The notes under the pieces were generated by a model. The model was given only the letters and a program-made list of their open reading frames with translations. It ran no database searches and was not told the origin of the DNA. Shown here in pieces: positions 1 to 10,928 of a stretch of DNA of 45,721 nucleotides. The position numbers and the translations under genes are program-made. Numbering within the stretch: position 1 is the stretch's first letter; each line of letters starts with the position of its first letter. The stretch is from Candidatus Omnitrophota bacterium. GTDB taxonomy: Bacteria; Ratteibacteria; UBA8468; MWAK01. The stretch spans positions 1 through 45,721 of the forward strand of contig JAZDPL010000077.1 in assembly GCA_043797665.1 (NCBI GenBank), read 5' to 3'.

Positions 1-819
1 TTTGCGGAAGCGAACAAATTTTTGCAAAACACCAAAACTCCATTTTTCTTATGGGTTCATATTCTCCCTCCCCATGCTCCTTATTCGCCACCCGAAAAAT
101 TCAGAGATATTTTCCTCAAGGACCCCGGATTTAACGAAAATTCAACACGATCTTTAGTGTCTCTCCATTACCTGCCAGAACAACAGTCATTGGTAGACAA
201 GTTACGTGCCCGTTACGACGAAAATATCTTATACGCGGATAATGAATTCGGAAATTTCATAGAAAGACTGCAACGTAACAGATATCTAGAAAACTCCATC
301 CTTATTGTTTCTACTGACCATGGGGAATCATTCGAAAAAGGATACCTGAGTCATGGTAGTTTTGGCCACTATCTGTACCAGCCTCTGATACATATTCCTC
401 TCCTTATTCACCTGCCAGGACAGAAACAAGGGAAGGTCATAACCAGTAATGCAGAACAGATTGACATTGCTCCAACAATTCTGGATTTACTTGGAATAGA
501 TATCCCTGCCTGGATGGAAGGCGAATCCCTGAAAAAGGCTATGTTCAATAATTATGTAACCACCAAACCCAAGTTCGCCGCAAATTCGTTAGAACTAAAT
601 TATATCAATAGACCTATTACGAAAGGTGGATTTGCCGTTATAAAAGATAACTATAAATATATCTACGATATTCAAAAGGGCCAGGGAGGGGAATTATATG
701 ACCTTGAAAAAGACCCGGAGGAACAGAACAATCTTGTCAAAAAAGAGAAAGAACGAGCCGCAGATTTGAAGGGTTTAATAATTGAAAAGATTCAAACTGT
801 CAATCGGAATTACCAGTGA
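1..819 (+). CDS. Sulfatase-family protein, C-terminal part (5' end outside window)
   Basis: Frame open from base 1; motifs PFFLWVH..PPHAPY, YDENILYAD, STDHGESF, IPLLI, DIAPTILDLLG, ELYDLEKDPEE. Confidence 0.85.
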   Translation, partial: FAEANKFLQNTKTPFFLWVHILPPHAPYSPPEKFRDIFLKDPGFNENSTRSLVSLHYLPEQQSLVDKLRARYDENILYADNEFGNFIERLQRNRYLENSILIVSTDHGESFEKGYLSHGSFGHYLYQPLIHIPLLIHLPGQKQGKVITSNAEQIDIAPTILDLLGIDIPAWMEGESLKKAMFNNYVTTKPKFAANSLELNYINRPITKGGFAVIKDNYKYIYDIQKGQGGELYDLEKDPEEQNNLVKKEKERAADLKGLIIEKIQTVNRNYQ

Positions 820-914
820 AGGACCGGAATCTTTAAGAATGTGATGGAGCACCCCCGCCTGGGAATCTTCCAGGAAAATGGAAATTAAGCATATGGTTTT
901 CTGGCAGAATAAAA

Positions 915-950
915 GAAGAAGGTTTAATCAAAACGATATCCTGGTATAAA
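915..950 (+). pseudogene. Relic fragment matching the fcl C-terminus
   Basis: Translates [12 protein letters not shown], identical to the fcl peptide at 2719-2754, with synonymous differences. Confidence 0.7.
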
Positions 951-978
951 AGAATAACCTTGTAAAACACTTACGTTT

Positions 979-1239
979 TTATTGGTAAGTGTCTTCGCCT
1001 CGCCTTCTTACAAATATAATCCGAACTAACCTTCCAGAGAAGTCAATTAGATATCCAATCCTAAAATCGCCACACCGTATCCGGAAACGGTTCTTTAATC
1101 CTCCCCTGATTTTATTAACTCCAGGCGGTAGAGGATTTGCCCTTAGGCTGTTTATTTCTGCAGAGACCCTTTCTAAATCTCTATTCGAAAGATTGTCTAA
1201 ATCTTTTTTAACGCTGGGCTTATAAACAAACCTATACAT
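979..1239 (-). CDS. relE: Type II TA toxin, RelE/ParE family
   Basis: 86 aa basic protein, pattern Y.F.YKPSV.KDL...NPLPPG..K..G...FRIR.GDFRI.Y; overlaps upstream antitoxin. Confidence 0.8.
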   Translation of the reverse strand: MYRFVYKPSVKKDLDNLSNRDLERVSAEINSLRANPLPPGVNKIRGGLKNRFRIRCGDFRIGYLIDFSGRLVRIIFVRRRGEDTYQ

Positions 1240-1471
1240 TCAATCCCCGGGACTTGAGATAGTGGTTCATCTCCTCTTCTGAAATATCAGATTCACTCTC
1301 CCGGGTATTGAAAAGTACCAGGTCTTTTTCTTCCTCGGTGATCTCGGATAATTTTTCCCGAAGCGCCTGCGTAACGAAATAACTTAATTTAAGCCCATGT
1401 CTCTGGCAAAAAATTTTAACTTCCTTTATCAGTGATTCTGGAACCCTGGCTCCGGTAAGAACGTTTCCCAT
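1232..1471 (-). CDS. Putative antitoxin (RHH/CopG-like N-terminus, acidic C-terminus)
   Basis: ATG at 1471 with GGAGGG SD; overlaps toxin start; acidic tail. Confidence 0.7.
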   Translation of the reverse strand: MGNVLTGARVPESLIKEVKIFCQRHGLKLSYFVTQALREKLSEITEEEKDLVLFNTRESESDISEEEMNHYLKSRGLNV

Positions 1472-1490
1472 TATCCCTCCTGTTATCAAT

Positions 1491-1528
1491 TGTTACTTTA
1501 TTGTAACACCAAGGGGTGCCACCGTCAA
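1491..1528 (-). promoter_or_regulatory. Sigma70 promoter of the relBE-like pair with overlapping operator palindrome
   Basis: TTGACG-17-TACAAT with TG extension; TGTTAC-N6-GTAACA inverted repeat at 1491-1508. Confidence 0.65.
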
Positions 1529-1587
1529 GGGGACGAGTTGCCTCACTGCAGAATCAAGTCCAGTCGTGATACAATGATGGTTACGTT

Positions 1588-1650
1588 ATAAAAGAGCTGG
1601 TAGACCTGATTGTCAGACTTCCCGGGTTTAGAGGTAGCGTAAGGTGGGAT
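1588..1650 (+). pseudogene. Relic fragment matching internal fcl sequence
   Basis: ataaaagagctggtagacctgattgtcagacttcccgggtttagaggtagcgtaaggtgggat aligns without gaps to fcl 2569-2631. Confidence 0.7.
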
Positions 1651-1752
1651 ACTTTGACAGGGGAGGTGAGATGGGGGTTTTGTATTATTTCTCCATTTTT
1701 CTTAAATTTGTTTCTGATTGCGATATCCTTTTTTAATTCTTTTTCCAATTTA

Positions 1753-1782
1753 TTGCAGAGTCAATGTCAGTCGTGATACAAT
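1753..1782 (+). promoter_or_regulatory. Putative fcl promoter
   Basis: TTGCAG-18-TACAAT with TG extension; gtcgtgatacaatga also occurs at 1563 and 3977. Confidence 0.5.
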
Positions 1783-1791
1783 GAGGGTTAA

Positions 1792-3253
<1,462 letters not shown>

Positions 3254-3255
3254 AA

Positions 3256-3303
3256 GTGCGATAAATCGCACCCTTTCCAATCCTATGGAAAGACCCGTGC
3301 TAC
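3256..3303 (-). repeat. GTAG-type REP interrupted by a family-D micro-element (3271-3297)
   Basis: Minus strand gtagca[cgggtctttccataggattggaaaggg]tgcgatttatcgcac. Confidence 0.65.
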
Positions 3304-3317
3304 CCTGGTACCTTTAT

Positions 3318-3596
3318 TCATTTGGTTGCCTTGAGTTCTTTTTCCATTTCCCTATTAACAAAAATCTTGATAAGTACCTGATATGGAATATCACGCATAT
3401 TTGCTAAATATTTTATCCGGTTCAATAATGAAACCGGGAATCTTATAGATATCGGTTTCGAAGTCGGTCTTAAATTAGGAAATAATGCCTTTTTTCCTTT
3501 AGACCAGTCAACATAATCAGTTGAATCGTGGCTATCCCAAAATTTCAATACTTCATCTTCACTTTTAAGCACCGGCGCTTTTTTTAGTTTGTTCAT
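3318..3596 (-). CDS. BrnA/CopG-like antitoxin
   Basis: SEDE..FWDSHDSTDY.DW, ISIRFP, IPYQVLIK; overlaps BrnT. Confidence 0.8.
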   Translation of the reverse strand: MNKLKKAPVLKSEDEVLKFWDSHDSTDYVDWSKGKKALFPNLRPTSKPISIRFPVSLLNRIKYLANMRDIPYQVLIKIFVNREMEKELKATK

Positions 3597-3897
3597 GGTA
3601 TCTTCTCCTTTCTTTTTTGCTCATATCTCTTGCCGAAATGATTCTTATTTTTTTAGTAGCGTCAAAACTCCTTTCAGTGAAAACCACAAAAAGCGGGCTG
3701 CTTGTTTTTGTTTTCCCTAAAGCAATGTATCGCTCTTCTGCAATTGAATGCGTTGGATCAGGAAGAATTATAAGATTTATATCAAAAAATACTTCTTCTG
3801 CTTCTGGAAATTGTACCTTATGTTTTTCCCGGATTTTATCTGCGTTCCATTTATCCCAGTCAAATTCTACTCCTGAAAATACTTTTTCTATTTCCAT
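3565..3897 (-). CDS. brnT: BrnT family toxin
   Basis: FDWDKWN...KH.V.F.EAEEVF, HS..EERY..LG, VVFTER, IRIISARDM..KER. Confidence 0.88.
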   Translation of the reverse strand: MEIEKVFSGVEFDWDKWNADKIREKHKVQFPEAEEVFFDINLIILPDPTHSIAEERYIALGKTKTSSPLFVVFTERSFDATKKIRIISARDMSKKERRRYHEQTKKSAGA

Positions 3898-3905
3898 TTT
3901 TGTAT

Positions 3906-3935
3906 ATTATACAACATACGCTGACACTTTGTCAA
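3906..3935 (-). promoter_or_regulatory. Consensus sigma70 promoter of brnTA
   Basis: TTGACA-18-TATAAT; ATG 8 nt downstream. Confidence 0.75.
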
Positions 3936-3996
3936 ATCACCGGGAAAATGTTACAGAGTTTGAACCCTCATTACCGGTCGTGATACAATGAGGGAA

Positions 3997-5103
3997 ATGG
4001 AAAGTAGGGAACTGCAGGAAAGGTTTAAAACAATAAAGAAATTGAGAGAACGACTTGTCACCCAGCCGGACGTTTCCGGGAAAAAGGAACAGATGGCAGG
4101 ATTGGAAGCAAGGATGCAAAAAAACGGGTTCTGGAAAACCCCGGAGAGCGGCCCGATAATTGAGGAGTTAAAGGTTCTGCGGGAAGAGATTGATACCTTT
4201 GCCTCACTTGAGAAAAAAGAAGCTGAGGTCTCGGCTTTTCTGGAACTCCTTGGCGAAGGACCGGACGAAAAGTTACAGAAGGAAGCGGAGGAACTGCTCA
4301 AAAACTTAGAAGACGGAACCCGGGACCTTAAAATCCGGATGCTTTTTACCACACCTGAGGACCGGCAACCGGCCATTTTAACCTTTCACGCCGGTGCGGG
4401 CGGAACCGAAGCCTGCGACTGGGTGGCGATGCTGGTCAGAATGTATAGCCGCCTGGCGGCGCGTAAAAGATGGTCCCTGGAAACAGTAGACCTCTTGCCG
4501 GGTGAAGAAGCCGGACTGAAACAAGCCACCCTGATAATCACCGGTCCCTTTGCCTGCGGGTATTTGAAAGGTGAGGCGGGTGTGCATCGTTTAGTGCGTA
4601 TCTCCCCTTTTGACGCCAACCGCCGGCGCCATACCTCATTCGCTTCCCTCTCGGTCATTCCGAAACTTCCGCCGGAAGCAAAGATTGAGATTAAAGAGGA
4701 AGAGATTGAAATTCAGACCTTTCGGGCCGGCGGAGCCGGCGGTCAGAACGTCAATAAAGTTGAAACCGCAATCCGTATCACTCACCTGCCGACCAATATC
4801 GTGGTTACCTGTCAGAACGAACGCAGCCAGTACCAGAACAAAGAAAATGCCCTCTTGATTTTAAAGAGTAGATTATACCAACTCCAGAAAGAGGAAAAAC
4901 GTAAAAAAGTGGACCTGCAGCGTCAAAGCGCCGGTGACATCGCCTGGGGTAACCAGATTCGTTCCTACGTTCTACAGCCTTACCAGATGATAAAGGACCA
5001 CCGGACCAATTACGAAACCGGTAACGTGGATGCGGTTCTGGACGGAGAATTAGACGGCTTCCTGGAAGCAGAATTAGAGGTGGGAACTGACAGCGCAGGA
5101 TAA
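3997..5103 (+). CDS. prfB: Peptide chain release factor 2
   Basis: [22 protein letters not shown] (SPF motif), [20 protein letters not shown]; alternative ATG at 3988. Confidence 0.95.
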   Translation: MESRELQERFKTIKKLRERLVTQPDVSGKKEQMAGLEARMQKNGFWKTPESGPIIEELKVLREEIDTFASLEKKEAEVSAFLELLGEGPDEKLQKEAEELLKNLEDGTRDLKIRMLFTTPEDRQPAILTFHAGAGGTEACDWVAMLVRMYSRLAARKRWSLETVDLLPGEEAGLKQATLIITGPFACGYLKGEAGVHRLVRISPFDANRRRHTSFASLSVIPKLPPEAKIEIKEEEIEIQTFRAGGAGGQNVNKVETAIRITHLPTNIVVTCQNERSQYQNKENALLILKSRLYQLQKEEKRKKVDLQRQSAGDIAWGNQIRSYVLQPYQMIKDHRTNYETGNVDAVLDGELDGFLEAELEVGTDSAG

Positions 5104-6495
5104 ACACCTGGATTCCCGCTTACTGCACGCGGGAATGACAGAGGGGAGGCACGCGGGAATGACAGTTGAAATGGCACCGGCGAGGTAGAAGGAACCACAG
5201 ATACAGAGCAGTCCGTTTTCACCTAAGTTCTTCTCCGCCCCTTCTATTGCTTTTGCCGGCTCCGGAATAACCCGACATCTCTTACCCGGATAAATCCTAC
5301 TAAAAACCTTTTTTAACTCCGCCGGTTCGCGTGCCCGGTCGGAATCAGGCCGGGTAAAGATAAATTCCCGGCCGTACTCCCCTAAATATTTCAACATCAG
5401 CCGGTAATCTTTATCCTGAAGGACTCCCATGACAAAGCGGACATCCCTCCCCGGATAAAGTAAAGCGAGGTTGGTAATCAGGGTCTTGATTGCCGGAGGG
5501 TTATGGCTGACATCAAAGATAATTAAAGGTTCCCGGGAAACAACCTGGAGCCGGCCGGGCCAGACAATCTTCGCTAATCCGTTCCGTAAATCCTCTTCGG
5601 TTATAGTGCTGCCGGCAGACTGCAAAGCAAGCCAGGCGGTGGCAACGTTCTCAATCTGAAAACTGCCCGGTAGTGAAACGGTTAATCCGGAAATAGTTTC
5701 GTCCTGATAAGACAAAGAAAAGGATGGATTCCCGCTTACTGCACGCGGGAATAACAGAGGGGAGGCATGCGGGAATACGGGTCCCCTTTCCCCCGGATGG
5801 GAAAGAGCAGAAAGGATATCTTTGCCGGTCAGATAAAAGGACGCGGACAGTTCCTTTGCTTTCTTACGTAAAACTTTTAACGCTGCTGGTGCCTGTGGAC
5901 TGCAGACAACCGGTCTGCCCTCTTTAATGATACCCGCTTTCTCCCCGGTGATGGCAGCCAGACTGTTTCCGAGAAACCTGCGGTGTTCCATGCCAATCGG
6001 GGTAATTACGGAAACCAGAGGATTGATAACGTTGGTGGCGTCTAAACGACCGCCCATACCCACTTCCACTACTGCGTAATCTACCGGGTGGCGGGCAAAA
6101 TAAAGAAAAGCCGCAGAGGTTATCGTTTCAAAGTAGGTGGGACTATGGGGCAGGAATTTTGAGAGGGCAATAACCTGTGGTGCAATCTCAGAAATTAAAT
6201 CCGCAAAATTTTTGGGGCTGATTAGTTGATTATTAACCTGAATCCGTTCCCGGGTATCAATCAGGTGGGGTGAGGTATAGAGACCGGTACAATATCCCGC
6301 CTCGGTCAAAATACCGGCGATAATGCGGGCAACAGACCCTTTACCGTTGGTGCCGGCAATGTGGAAGGTTTTTAAATTCAGGCTCTTTTCCGGGTTACCC
6401 AGACGGGCCAGGAGCCTGTGGACGTTAGATAAACCTAACCGGATACCAAAACGTTCCCGGCTCTCCAGGAATGCAACCGCCTGCCGATAAGTCAT
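5074..6495 (-). CDS. folC: Folylpolyglutamate/dihydrofolate synthase
   Basis: [42 protein letters not shown]; true start is ATG 6495, the longer ORF runs through a MITE. Confidence 0.93.
   Translation of the reverse strand: MTYRQAVAFLESRERFGIRLGLSNVHRLLARLGNPEKSLNLKTFHIAGTNGKGSVARIIAGILTEAGYCTGLYTSPHLIDTRERIQVNNQLISPKNFADLISEIAPQVIALSKFLPHSPTYFETITSAAFLYFARHPVDYAVVEVGMGGRLDATNVINPLVSVITPIGMEHRRFLGNSLAAITGEKAGIIKEGRPVVCSPQAPAALKVLRKKAKELSASFYLTGKDILSALSHPGERGPVFPHASPLLFPRAVSGNPSFSLSYQDETISGLTVSLPGSFQIENVATAWLALQSAGSTITEEDLRNGLAKIVWPGRLQVVSREPLIIFDVSHNPPAIKTLITNLALLYPGRDVRFVMGVLQDKDYRLMLKYLGEYGREFIFTRPDSDRAREPAELKKVFSRIYPGKRCRVIPEPAKAIEGAEKNLGENGLLCICGSFYLAGAISTVIPACLPSVIPACSKRESRCLSCAVSSHL
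5108..5164 (+). repeat. Family C palindrome (GGATTCCCGC-N9-GCGGGAATGACA) plus half copy; forms the folC C-terminal extension
   Basis: Near-identical to 5724-5777; related copies at 7695, 13966, 20626. Confidence 0.8.
5724..5808 (+). repeat. Family C repeat plus family D micro-element (5778-5807), in-frame inside folC
   Basis: Same sequence as 5108-5164 followed by cgggtcccctttcccccggatgggaaagag; folC frame stays open. Confidence 0.75.
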
Positions 6496-6496
6496 A

Positions 6497-6771
6497 GGGG
6501 TTGTTAAACAATAAAGTTGCCTATTTGCCAGAGGCGATTTTGGAACGAGACAAGGAGCGAAGAAGCTGGCGTACCCCCTGTGGTACGGAAGCGATGAGCG
6601 ACGCAGTCGTAGCCCAAAAGCGACCTGGCCCTTTATGGGGAGTCCCATCTTTGGGTCATTGCGGCGTTGCTCCTCGGTTATGTGCCACAGTGGGCACAAA
6701 ACCTTCGTCGCGCCTTGTACTAACCTCAAATCTGGGACTCCAAATAGTCAACTTTATTGTTTAACAACCCC
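6497..6771 (+). mobile_element. MITE-like element family A, copy 1 (275 bp), ddl/folC junction
   Basis: Perfect 23-bp TIR ggggttgttaaacaataaagttg (31 bp with 1 mismatch); body aligns with copies at 15953, 16684, 21049; no transposase. Confidence 0.9.
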
Positions 6772-7648
6772 TTAGCCGGGACAATTCTATCAATTTCAGG
6801 GTTAGTTCGTTAAAGGAGATGCCGGCGGCCCGGGCTGATTCCGGAAAGAGGCTGGTTTCGGTAAAGCCGGGAATGGTGTTGACGTCCAGAATGTATGGGT
6901 TCCCTTCTTTGTCAATAATCACCTCGCTCCGGGAAAGTCCCCGGCAGCCTAACAATTTATGTGCCTTCAAAACAACCTCCTCGGTTTTACTCACCCATTC
7001 TTCAGGTAGACGGGGTGGGATGATATGCTTGCTTCCACCCGGTGCATACTTTGCCTGATAATCGTAAAAACCGCTTGCCGGAACTATTTCAATGCTGGGT
7101 AAAACCCGGGGATTCTCATTACCCAGAATACTGACCGTAACCTCGGTACCGGAGATATATTGTTCCATAAGGACCTGGTTATCATACCGCCGCGCCTCTT
7201 TTAACGCTGCTTCCAAATCCTCTTCTTTTTTCACGATAGAAATCCCAATCGTAGAACCGCTCCGGGCGGGTTTAGACACCAGGGGAAAGAATACCGGCGG
7301 ACAGAAAGGAGGCGTTGGCAAACCTGCCGAGATAAAAAGACGTTTGGCTAAAATCTTGTCTAACGCCAGACTGCTGGCTAAAACTCCGCTGCCGGTGTAA
7401 GGAAAACCAAGGGTCTCCAGAAAACCCTGGATGGTACCATCCTCGCCGCCGGGACCATGTAAAGCGATAAAAACCGAATAGACATCCGCTATCTCTAAAA
7501 TCCGAGGGGCAAACCTTTTGTCAGCCGGGTCCAAAGTCACCACTTCAAAACCATTTTCTTTCAGTGATTTGGCTACCGCGGCGCCGCTGCGCAGGGAAAT
7601 TTCGCGCTCGGAAGATTTACCACCGGACAGTACCACTACCTTCTCCAT
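6761..7648 (-). CDS. ddl: D-alanine--D-alanine ligase
   Basis: GGKSSEREISLRSG, LHGPGGEDGTIQG, GSGVLAS, FYDYQAKY, DVNTIPGFT. Confidence 0.93.
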   Translation of the reverse strand: MEKVVVLSGGKSSEREISLRSGAAVAKSLKENGFEVVTLDPADKRFAPRILEIADVYSVFIALHGPGGEDGTIQGFLETLGFPYTGSGVLASSLALDKILAKRLFISAGLPTPPFCPPVFFPLVSKPARSGSTIGISIVKKEEDLEAALKEARRYDNQVLMEQYISGTEVTVSILGNENPRVLPSIEIVPASGFYDYQAKYAPGGSKHIIPPRLPEEWVSKTEEVVLKAHKLLGCRGLSRSEVIIDKEGNPYILDVNTIPGFTETSLFPESARAAGISFNELTLKLIELSRLRGC

Positions 7649-7660
7649 AGTTGGTCCTTG

Positions 7661-7812
7661 GTGCCCTTTCCAATCCTATGGAAAGGGAACCCGTATTCCC
7701 GCACATAGTAAGCGGGAATCCATCCCTGCCTACTGCACATGCAGAGCCTGCCCCTGTATGTAATAGACAAGGGAACAGGCTGGGTTCCTGTTAAATATAC
7801 ACAGGAATGACA
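7661..7812. repeat. Cluster of palindromes: family D (7664-7693) inside family C (to 7722), second C copy at 7780-7812
   Basis: ccctttccaatcctatggaaagggaacccg; attcccgc..gcgggaatcca; ttcctg..caggaatgaca. Confidence 0.75.
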
Positions 7813-7834
7813 GAGAGAAATTCATTATACCATA

Positions 7835-8692
7835 TCACACTATTTTGACTTCCGGTTCTAACCTGACGCCAAACTTAGCGTAGACCGCCTCCTGGACTTT
7901 TCCGGCTAATTGTAAAATGTCATTAGCGGTGGCGTTACCGGTATTAAGGATGAAATTGGCATGCTTTCCAGAGACCACCGCACCGCCAGACCGCCAGCCT
8001 TTACAGCCTGCCAGTTCAATCAGCCTTCCGGCCGGCTCTCCGCTTGGATTCTTAAAGAAAGACCCTGCAGAAGGATACACCCGGGGTGGCTGGATTTTGA
8101 TACGCTGACGCATCAATTCGGTGATTTTACGTTTTATCTCTTCTTTCCTTGTTGGAACTCCACCGAACACAGCGGAAATGATAAATGGATATTCCAGGAG
8201 GGAAGACGACCGATAAGAAAATGAAATTTCGGACTTAGCCAGGGTCTGTTCTTTCAAATTCCGGTCCAAAACGTTAACCTCTTTAACCACCAAAAAAATA
8301 GCCTGGTTTTTGGTTCCGGCATTCATCGCCAGAACACCGCCAACGTTACCTGGAATTCCACTCAAGAACTCAAATCCACCCAAACTATACTTTACCGCAA
8401 AATTAAGAAGGCGCGCAATCAAAACGCCGCTTTCGGCAAAAATAGTGTCTCCGGAAACCGAAAGATGGTTCAGTCTTCCGGTGGCAATCACGACTCCCGG
8501 GAACCCTTCGTCAGATACCAGAAGGTTACTGCCGGCGCCCAGAACCAGAAAGGGTTTGTTCTGTTCTTTTGCCTGCCGGAGCAGAACCTTTACGTCTGCA
8601 ATCGTTTCAGGCTCTGCATATACTTCCGCCGGCCCGCCCACGCGAAAGGTGGTGTGATATTTCAACGGTTCATGGTATTTTATTAACATCAT
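7835..8692 (-). CDS. murB: UDP-N-acetylenolpyruvoylglucosamine reductase
   Basis: HTTFRVGGPA, GAGSNLL, GIPGNVGG..MNAG, SAGSFFKNP, KHANFI, LEPEV. Confidence 0.93.
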   Translation of the reverse strand: MMLIKYHEPLKYHTTFRVGGPAEVYAEPETIADVKVLLRQAKEQNKPFLVLGAGSNLLVSDEGFPGVVIATGRLNHLSVSGDTIFAESGVLIARLLNFAVKYSLGGFEFLSGIPGNVGGVLAMNAGTKNQAIFLVVKEVNVLDRNLKEQTLAKSEISFSYRSSSLLEYPFIISAVFGGVPTRKEEIKRKITELMRQRIKIQPPRVYPSAGSFFKNPSGEPAGRLIELAGCKGWRSGGAVVSGKHANFILNTGNATANDILQLAGKVQEAVYAKFGVRLEPEVKIV

Positions 8693-8696
8693 TTTT

Positions 8697-8764
8697 GTAG
8701 GGGTTTGATTTATCAAACCCGCGGGTCGGATAAATCCGACCCCTACGTCAAAATATTTAATTCG
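8697..8764 (+). repeat. GTAG-type REP doublet (family B) with conserved tail
   Basis: gtagggtttgatttatcaaacccgcgggtcggataaatccgacccctac+gtcaaaatatttaattcg; copies at 19962 and 30765, halves at 40321-40429. Confidence 0.85.
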
Positions 8765-8770
8765 GTTGTA

Positions 8771-9544
8771 TTAGTATTTAATGGAAAGGAGGGTGAGACC
8801 GCGGGCGGGCGCGGTTGGACCGGCCAGGCGCCGGTCACCCGATTTCAGTATCTCTTTAACCCGCATCGACTCCATTTTTCCTCTGCCCACCTCAATTAAA
8901 GTCCCGGCGATATTACGAACCATCTTATACAAAAACCCATTCGCGATGATGGTGACGGCAATTAAACCTTTTGTGCTGAAAATTGAATCCGGTAATCTCT
9001 CAACTTTAATGTGAAAAACGGTGCGGACCGAATTGTTCGGCAACCCCTTGGCTTTACGTCCGCTGTCCTGAAAAGCCGCGAAATTATGCCGCCCTTCCAA
9101 GTATGAAGCCGCCCTTCGCATCTTCTTAACGTCTAACCGTTCCGGGAAAAACCAGGTGTAGGGTGCCAGAAGAGGATTGGAAACCGGTCCATTCTGAATG
9201 AGATACCGATAGGCTTTTTCCTTTACATCGTGCTGGGGATGGAACCGGCCGGGAACCTTTTTTACTTCAAGGACACGGACATTCTCCGGAAGAAGACCGT
9301 TCAAACCTCTTCGGATGTTTTCCGGAGAACGGCTAACCCGGGTCTGAAAAACAAATACCTGTCTCAACGCATGGACACCGGAATCCGTACGACCGGAACC
9401 GACAATATTCGCCTTTTCCGTCAGAATTTCTGAAAGGGCTTTCTCTATCTCTTCCTGAATGGAAGGCTTTTCTTTTGATTTCTGTCGCTGCCAGCCGCAG
9501 AATTCGGTTCCCTGGTAGGCGACGACCACTTTAAATTTTGCCAC
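8771..9544 (-). CDS. truA: tRNA pseudouridine(38-40) synthase
   Basis: AYQGTEFCGWQ, GSGRTDSGVHA, ANGFLYKMVRNIAG, GPTAPARGLTL. Confidence 0.93.
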   Translation of the reverse strand: MAKFKVVVAYQGTEFCGWQRQKSKEKPSIQEEIEKALSEILTEKANIVGSGRTDSGVHALRQVFVFQTRVSRSPENIRRGLNGLLPENVRVLEVKKVPGRFHPQHDVKEKAYRYLIQNGPVSNPLLAPYTWFFPERLDVKKMRRAASYLEGRHNFAAFQDSGRKAKGLPNNSVRTVFHIKVERLPDSIFSTKGLIAVTIIANGFLYKMVRNIAGTLIEVGRGKMESMRVKEILKSGDRRLAGPTAPARGLTLLSIKY

Positions 9545-10553
9545 GACCGAACAACCCCTTACTTAAAAGAACTTCTGCAATCTGCACCGCATTTAAGGCT
9601 GCACCCTTGCGAAGGTTGTCGGCGACGACCCACATTGAGAGGCTATTTTGGGTTGAAATATCCTCCCGGATTCTGCCCACAAAGACATCGTCCTTCCCGG
9701 CGGTCAGAACGGGTAAAGGATACAATGATTTCTCCGGTTCGTCAACGATGGTGATACCCGGGGTTGCCCGCAAAATTTCAGCAGCCTCCCGGGGAGAAAT
9801 CTTCCGTTCAAATTCCACGGTAATCGCTTCACTATGGCTGACCTTCACCGGAACCCTTACGCAGGTTGCATTTACCCGGATGGAACTGTCAGCCATAATC
9901 TTCTTTGTTTCGTTAACCATCTTCATCTCTTCCTTGGTATAACCGTTAGGGAGAAAAACGTCTATCTGAGGAATGAGATTATGCGCAATCTGGTGCGGAA
10001 ACACAGTCGGTTTTATTTCTTTACCTTCATCCAGGGCTTTAATTTGGTCTTCTAATTCCCAGATCGCCTTCTGACCGGCACCGGAAACAGACTGGTAGGT
10101 AGACACAACAATCCGTTTAATCTTTGCCCGGCGGTGCAATGGGTAAAGGGCACAGACCATCTGGATGGTGGAACAGTTGGGATTGGCGATAATTTTTGTT
10201 TTAGAAGTCAAAACCTCCGGATTCACTTCCGGCACCACCAGGGGAACATCCGGGTCCATCCGCCAGGCAGAGGAGTTGTCCACGACAAAGATGCCTAACT
10301 TGGCAGCCCGGGGCGCATAATCCCGGCTGATGGCTGCGCCGGCAGAAAAAAGAAGGAGAGCGATGTCCGGCGTAAAAGATTCCGGAACCAGACACTCCAC
10401 TAAAACTCTCTGACCGCGGAAAGGAATCTCCTTGCCTTCCGAGCGCTCTGAAGCAAAAAGCCGGAGAAAGCCTACCGGAAATCTGCGCTCTTCCAGAATG
10501 GAGACCATCCGTCGGCCTACCGCACCGGTCGCGCCAACTACACCAACCTGCAA
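9531..10553 (-). CDS. asd: Aspartate-semialdehyde dehydrogenase
   Basis: VGATGAVG, DNSSAWRM, ANPNCSTIQM, YQSVSGAG, DNLRKGAALNAVQ. Confidence 0.95.
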   Translation of the reverse strand: MQVGVVGATGAVGRRMVSILEERRFPVGFLRLFASERSEGKEIPFRGQRVLVECLVPESFTPDIALLLFSAGAAISRDYAPRAAKLGIFVVDNSSAWRMDPDVPLVVPEVNPEVLTSKTKIIANPNCSTIQMVCALYPLHRRAKIKRIVVSTYQSVSGAGQKAIWELEDQIKALDEGKEIKPTVFPHQIAHNLIPQIDVFLPNGYTKEEMKMVNETKKIMADSSIRVNATCVRVPVKVSHSEAITVEFERKISPREAAEILRATPGITIVDEPEKSLYPLPVLTAGKDDVFVGRIREDISTQNSLSMWVVADNLRKGAALNAVQIAEVLLSKGLFGRGKI

Positions 10554-10595
10554 GTCGTCACCCCCACCTACCCTCCCACCTTTCGGGGGAAGGAA

Positions 10596-10829
10596 TTAAG
10601 CACTTTCCTGTTTCCGTAAGACCACCTGATAGTTCCGGGGACCGCGGCTGGGCACGTTGAGTTCGGTTAAAATCACGTGTCCCTCCCGGGCTAACCACCC
10701 CAGACTCATCAGAAGGTAGTCCCGCGGTTCCTCGATATCCCGGCAGATATCTTTAAAAATAGCCCCTTCCGGCTTCTTGTCCAGATACTGCAAGATATCA
10801 CCCGCCCTAAACCCAATCTTGGTAATCAT
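10596..10829 (-). CDS. Small winged-helix protein (DUF2582-like)
   Basis: IG..AGDI.QYL...LLMSLGWLAREG pattern; GGAGG SD. Confidence 0.7.
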   Translation of the reverse strand: MITKIGFRAGDILQYLDKKPEGAIFKDICRDIEEPRDYLLMSLGWLAREGHVILTELNVPSRGPRNYQVVLRKQESA

Positions 10830-10841
10830 ACCGCCTCCATA

Positions 10842-10928
10842 CGCAGGCTAAAGCCTGCACGGGTCTCCCCTATGAATAGGGAAGGGCTACCCCTAATCTT
10901 CAACCCGCAGGCTAAAGCCTGCGGCTAC
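10842..10928 (-). repeat. Two GTAG REPs (cgcaggctaaagcctgcggctac); the first carries a family-D insert (10860-10886), the second lies in the C-terminus of the upstream CDS
   Basis: Direct comparison of the two copies and a third at 18824-18848. Confidence 0.75.

Noticed and set aside
6496..6764. folC N-terminal extension to 6729 and ORFs 6501-6764, 15904-16251, 16095-16424, 16726-16932, 21091-21373
   Set aside because: These are translations of family A in various frames, not independent genes.
8693..8716. ORF-track N-terminal extensions of murB, metW, rpsI, bioC and the C1 peptidase
   Set aside because: They run into repeats, promoters or upstream genes; downstream ATGs fit family length or SD position better.
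9549..9561. Family A stub at the asd C-terminus (taaggggttgtt)
   Set aside because: KGL is a normal Asd C-terminal sequence; one short match only.
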